Positions 60,545 to 64,000 of a stretch of 64,000 bases of DNA are shown here, one piece after another. Each line of letters opens with the position of its first letter. The stretch's first letter is position 1. This stretch comes from Cyanobacteria bacterium P01_F01_bin.150 (GTDB lineage Bacteria > Cyanobacteriota > Cyanobacteriia > CAKZMO01), in contig JBCCYL010000015.1 of NCBI GenBank assembly GCA_039189765.1, positions 1 through 64,000 of the forward strand, written 5' to 3'. The position numbers and the translations under genes were made by a program. The notes beneath the pieces are model-generated. The model was not told the DNA's origin, made no database searches, and was given only the letters and a program-made list of their open reading frames with translations.

Positions 60545-60622
60545 TAATTTCTATAGAAGATAAGTAAACAGCCCCTTGTCTTTACCTACTTAAAAGCTAA
60601 GGGAGTAATAATAAAAATTAAA

Positions 60623-60646
60623 GGCAAGAAGCATATGCTTCTTGCC
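60623..60646. terminator. Perfect 24-bp palindrome between convergent ctpA and tRNA
   Basis: GGCAAGAAGCAT-ATGCTTCTTGCC. Confidence 0.65.
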
Positions 60647-60652
60647 CTCATA

Positions 60653-60725
60653 TACCCCCAGGGGAATTCGAATCCCCGTCGCCTCCGTGAAAGGGAGGTG
60701 TCCTAGGCCTCTAGACGATGGGGGC
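60653..60725 (-). tRNA. trnE: tRNA-Glu (UUC)
   Basis: GCCCCCATCGTCTAGAGGCCTAGGACACCTCCCTTTCACGGAGGCGACGGGGATTCGAATTCCCCTGGGGGTA folds as a cloverleaf; anticodon TTC; CCA not encoded. Confidence 0.98.
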
Positions 60726-60859
60726 AAAACTGTGAAACTTGTTCAGTGCCTTGCCTGCGCGTCATTCACATAAGCCATGATATCGAGCCGTAAGAAAGGT
60801 GTCAACCCTTACATCGAAGTTTTCTGAAAAATCTGCATGATGGCAACCTGAACACGTTA

Positions 60860-61138
60860 CTAACCATGTAATTTAGAGTTACGCAGACGGATCAGTTGTC
60901 GTCGCATTTCCGCAGACGCATCGGTATCAGGAACCTCTTCAGCCGTTGTCTGAGCTGATAGCATCTCCAAGTATTCATCAGACCCACAAGACAGAGCATC
61001 AATCAATAATTCCAGCAGATGTTCCTGATCGTCCAGGAGTCCCTGTTCTTCAATTAGCTTGAACTTGAGATGAACCTCACATTCATAAATACCGACATCA
61101 AGTTGAACATCCTGTGTGTGGAGCGAACTAGATTTCAT
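60860..61138 (-). CDS. Npun_R1517-family small protein
   Basis: VGIYECEVHLKFKLIEE and MRRQLIRLRNS motifs. Confidence 0.8.
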   Translation of the reverse strand: MKSSSLHTQDVQLDVGIYECEVHLKFKLIEEQGLLDDQEHLLELLIDALSCGSDEYLEMLSAQTTAEEVPDTDASAEMRRQLIRLRNSKLHG

Positions 61139-61740
61139 AAGTCTTAAGCTGGACAATTGCCCAGACGTATATAAGGACGGTCTATATTGATTAGAAGTCG
61201 AAAGTTTGGACATCTGCAATGAGCTGAAATCATTCAGCTTTACCCTGCCATAATGAATAACCCAATGCGCAACGTTTATAGAAAATGCTCTTTCGGACTA
61301 GCTTTATGACCTAACGTTAACATTTACAAAGACCATTCCATATCCGACATCATACTGACTTCAGCCCTATCATTATCGTTATGGGTTACCTTATTTGTAA
61401 CGCGGACTCTGCATGTCATCGATATCTAAGTAAGCTTCCATGCAAAAGGTATCTGGCTGGACTCCATAGCGTCTTTATGGCAAGAATAAAATCACTTTAA
61501 ATTCGATTGGGTAAAACATTAGCCTTTCCTCACAACAACAGGATCTACACAGATAGTGAATTTCATTACAATACTGCCTCCTCTATTCTGACAGTAGCGC
61601 AAATGCATCTTTATAAAGCCACGGTAAGTTTTTTACTGCAATCCATGAGTTTTTTAAGATGAATATTGTGCATTATGACTATTGTGAGCCGCCTAAATCC
61701 TGCCAGGTAGATTTTTCAGACCCTATTAGTCGTTCCGCAG

Positions 61741-61818
61741 GGTCTCGTTTTAAGACGAAACAAAATCAACGGTATTGTGGGCGCGGAGCGCCCACAATAC
61801 CCACCTAAAGTTGATCCC
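61741..61818 (+). mobile_element. 78-bp-family miniature element with perfect TSD and perfect hairpins
   Basis: GTTCCGCAG at 61732-61740 and 61819-61827; GGTATTGTGGGCGC-GGA-GCGCCCACAATACC. Confidence 0.93.
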
Positions 61819-62034
61819 GTTCCGCAGTATTGTTACCGATAAAGGCAAATATTAAGTAGGCTAGACGTAAGTTTCGAGGTGAACTTTACTCACACATGAT
61901 TAAATTCATTCCAGATTTGAGCAATATGTCACCCTCAAGGAAGCTCAACTCTTATTAAAAAATTTGGGATGCAGAGACCTATCCCTACATCCCATAACCG
62001 TTAATTTTCTGAACTCTCACAGATTAGCAATAGC

Positions 62035-63999
62035 CTATGGCTCCCGCACCGGGTCTGCAGATAGATTGTTGTCGGGGAAATTGCTAACGGCTCTTTGAAT
62101 CGCAACTAGTGCCCGATTGTAAGCCAAAATGGCCGTAACCAAGTTGACTTCTGCTTCGGTTAAACGGGTTTGAGCTTCCAAGACGTCGGACTGAATACCA
62201 ACTCCGGCACCAAACCGTAAACGGGCCAACCGCAAGGATTCTTCCGCTAAGCCAACGGCAGAATTTGCCGTTTGAATATTTTTGAAGCTGGCTCCTAAGT
62301 TTAGATACTGCTGCTCTATATCAAAACGAATGTCTTCTCTAGTATCAGCAAATTGAGTTTCAGCAAGCTCAGCGGCAATTGCCTCCTGTCGGGCGGCTGC
62401 TCGAGTCGCACCGCCGTTGTACAATGTCCAGGCAAGCTGGAGACCAACGGATAGCTCTTCATTATCTGTCGGAGAACGGGTCACATCAAGCAAATCGTTA
62501 ATTTGATACTCAGCAAAAGCAGAGAGCTGGGGCCAGCGGTTGGCAAGGGTGGCCCGTTTCTGCTGCTGTTCAATTTCTCGCTGAAGCAACTGTTGTTCTA
62601 GCTCAGCCCGATTGCGATAGGCTAACACAAGAGTTTCTTCTAGTGGCATTGCCCATTCTCCTGCCACTTCAACCGGATCGGCCGCTGAAATATTGATGCC
62701 AGGGGGAATGCTCAAAACTTCGGCGAGTTGGCGTCGCGTCACCTGTTGGTCCCTGAGGGCATTGCTGAGGGCCTGTTCATCATTGGCCAGATCAACCTCT
62801 GCTTGGAGACGATCAAAACGGGTACCGACCCCAGCTCGTTCCCTTGCCAGAGCATCCCTCAAACTAATACGCGACTGCTCAACCGTATCTTCAGCAATAC
62901 GAACCAGCTCATCGGATTCCTGGAGGTCATAGTAGGCTGATGTAATGTTAAGGCGTAAATCTTCTCTAACAACTTCCACCTGTAGCTGCTGCAATTCTAC
63001 AGCTTTTTCTGCCGCTCGAACCGATGCTGACCTCTGACCAGAGGTAAAAATGTCGTAGTCTACCCTTAGTACAGAGAGTAAATTTGTAGTTACAGTGTCG
63101 TCTCCATCCAGTGAAGCAGAAGGGTTCCCCTGTACATCAGGAGCGCCCACTGGTTCATTAGAAATATCAACGTCTTGGTGGGTTAAGGTCGTTTGACTAG
63201 TAATCGTAGGCAAATAGGCCGCTCTTTGCTGTCGCAGGGCCTCTTGGCTTTGCTCAAGCTGCTGAAGGGCTGATTCTAGCTCTCGACTGTTACGGCGAGA
63301 AATTTCTAGTGCCTGTTCTAAGGAGATGGGTTGAGTTCCCTCTATTTCAACTGTTTCTGGCTCAATCGGGGTAAATAGTGGATTGGCAGGGGCTAGTAGA
63401 TAATCAGGAATTTCGATTAATGACTCTGACGAATCACTTGGTTCTTCGACAAAATCATCTATCTCAGCATCGGATGGAATCGCGATATCTGGCCTTGCGC
63501 GAACGGGGGGTTCTTCAGTAGGCGTTGGGTCTTCCTGAGATGTAGCCTCAGGTATTTCATCTGCCGACTCTAATGCCGGTAACTGAGCCTCTAATCCTTC
63601 ACTTGTCGCTTCTTCTGCCGTCTCTGTTTTGTCCACCTCAGAGATTGTCGGGGTCCCAAGAGCTGGTAGATCAACTTCAAATGATTGAGCGGTCAATAGC
63701 TCATTATCAGTATTAGCAACAGCAGAAGATACGGCCTGGATAGGTTCCCAAACTTGTTCATCTTTTCCATGAGAAGGACTGAATTCTAGCAGCCTTAAGT
63801 TCTCTGAGACCTCAGAGAATGCGTATTTTTCCGGCGCAGGCAAATGACTAGAGCCAAACCCTTGGAGATCCGTTGATATTAGAGAAGGAAGAGTATTAGA
63901 TTCGCTGGCAGGACTATCTGAAGCCGTAAGCTCATACTCACCGTGAGGAGTAGGAGAAGAAAGTTTAGCTTGAGCAGAAGCCCCTTCTGCAACTCCCAA
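62035..63999 (-). CDS. tolC: TolC-family outer membrane efflux protein (5' end outside the window)
   Basis: Two OEP repeats (AYYDLQ..GVGTRFD; ARLRFGAGVGIQSDVL) after a long acidic N-terminal extension. Confidence 0.9.
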   Translation of the reverse strand: MGVAEGASAQAKLSSPTPHGEYELTASDSPASESNTLPSLISTDLQGFGSSHLPAPEKYAFSEVSENLRLLEFSPSHGKDEQVWEPIQAVSSAVANTDNELLTAQSFEVDLPALGTPTISEVDKTETAEEATSEGLEAQLPALESADEIPEATSQEDPTPTEEPPVRARPDIAIPSDAEIDDFVEEPSDSSESLIEIPDYLLAPANPLFTPIEPETVEIEGTQPISLEQALEISRRNSRELESALQQLEQSQEALRQQRAAYLPTITSQTTLTHQDVDISNEPVGAPDVQGNPSASLDGDDTVTTNLLSVLRVDYDIFTSGQRSASVRAAEKAVELQQLQVEVVREDLRLNITSAYYDLQESDELVRIAEDTVEQSRISLRDALARERAGVGTRFDRLQAEVDLANDEQALSNALRDQQVTRRQLAEVLSIPPGINISAADPVEVAGEWAMPLEETLVLAYRNRAELEQQLLQREIEQQQKRATLANRWPQLSAFAEYQINDLLDVTRSPTDNEELSVGLQLAWTLYNGGATRAAARQEAIAAELAETQFADTREDIRFDIEQQYLNLGASFKNIQTANSAVGLAEESLRLARLRFGAGVGIQSDVLEAQTRLTEAEVNLVTAILAYNRALVAIQRAVSNFPDNNLSADPVREP

Positions 64000-64000
64000 A

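Noticed and set aside
60653..60725. tRNA-Glu as an integration site
   Set aside because: No duplicated tRNA 3' end or integrase seen; flanked by core genes
1..64000. High density of GCGATCGC as a novel repeat
   Set aside because: This is the well-known cyanobacterial HIP1 sequence

Overview
Chromosomal segment of a cyanobacterium: it is rich in HIP1 octamers (GCGATCGC) and carries petB/petD, ctpA, a ccmK paralog and heptamer/octamer tandem repeats. A filamentous beta-cyanobacterium is likely but inferred. The left ~35 kb is accessory. (i) 0.4-6.4 kb is a five-gene small-molecule cluster: SET methyltransferase > DapL-fold aminotransferase with a remodelled substrate pocket > D-2-hydroxyacid dehydrogenase, convergent with an FAD oxidoreductase > EamA exporter. 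It fits a candidate methionine-derived sulfonium (SMM/DMSHB/DMSP-type) pathway. (ii) 6.9-30.7 kb is a minus-strand locus: TPR-CHAT protease, Uma2, sigma-70-like factor, DUF1822, CHAT-CHASE2 receptor, two DUF928 genes, an FG-GAP protein and a 2987-aa filamentous-haemagglutinin-family exoprotein. A shared 31-bp promoter-like motif precedes two of its downstream genes. (iii) 33.5-34.8 kb holds two internally deleted pseudogenes. The right ~29 kb is mostly housekeeping (yaaA, cysK, ptrB, eda, rpsF, glyA, cinA, aroQ, petBD, ctpA, tRNA-Glu, tolC). About 12 copies of a ~78-bp structured miniature mobile element with 9-12 bp target-site duplications are scattered through the intergenic DNA. One copy carries nested repeats and one replaces a gene's 3' end. 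No CRISPR array, rRNA or transposase was seen. All calls come from reading the sequence; no database searches were run.
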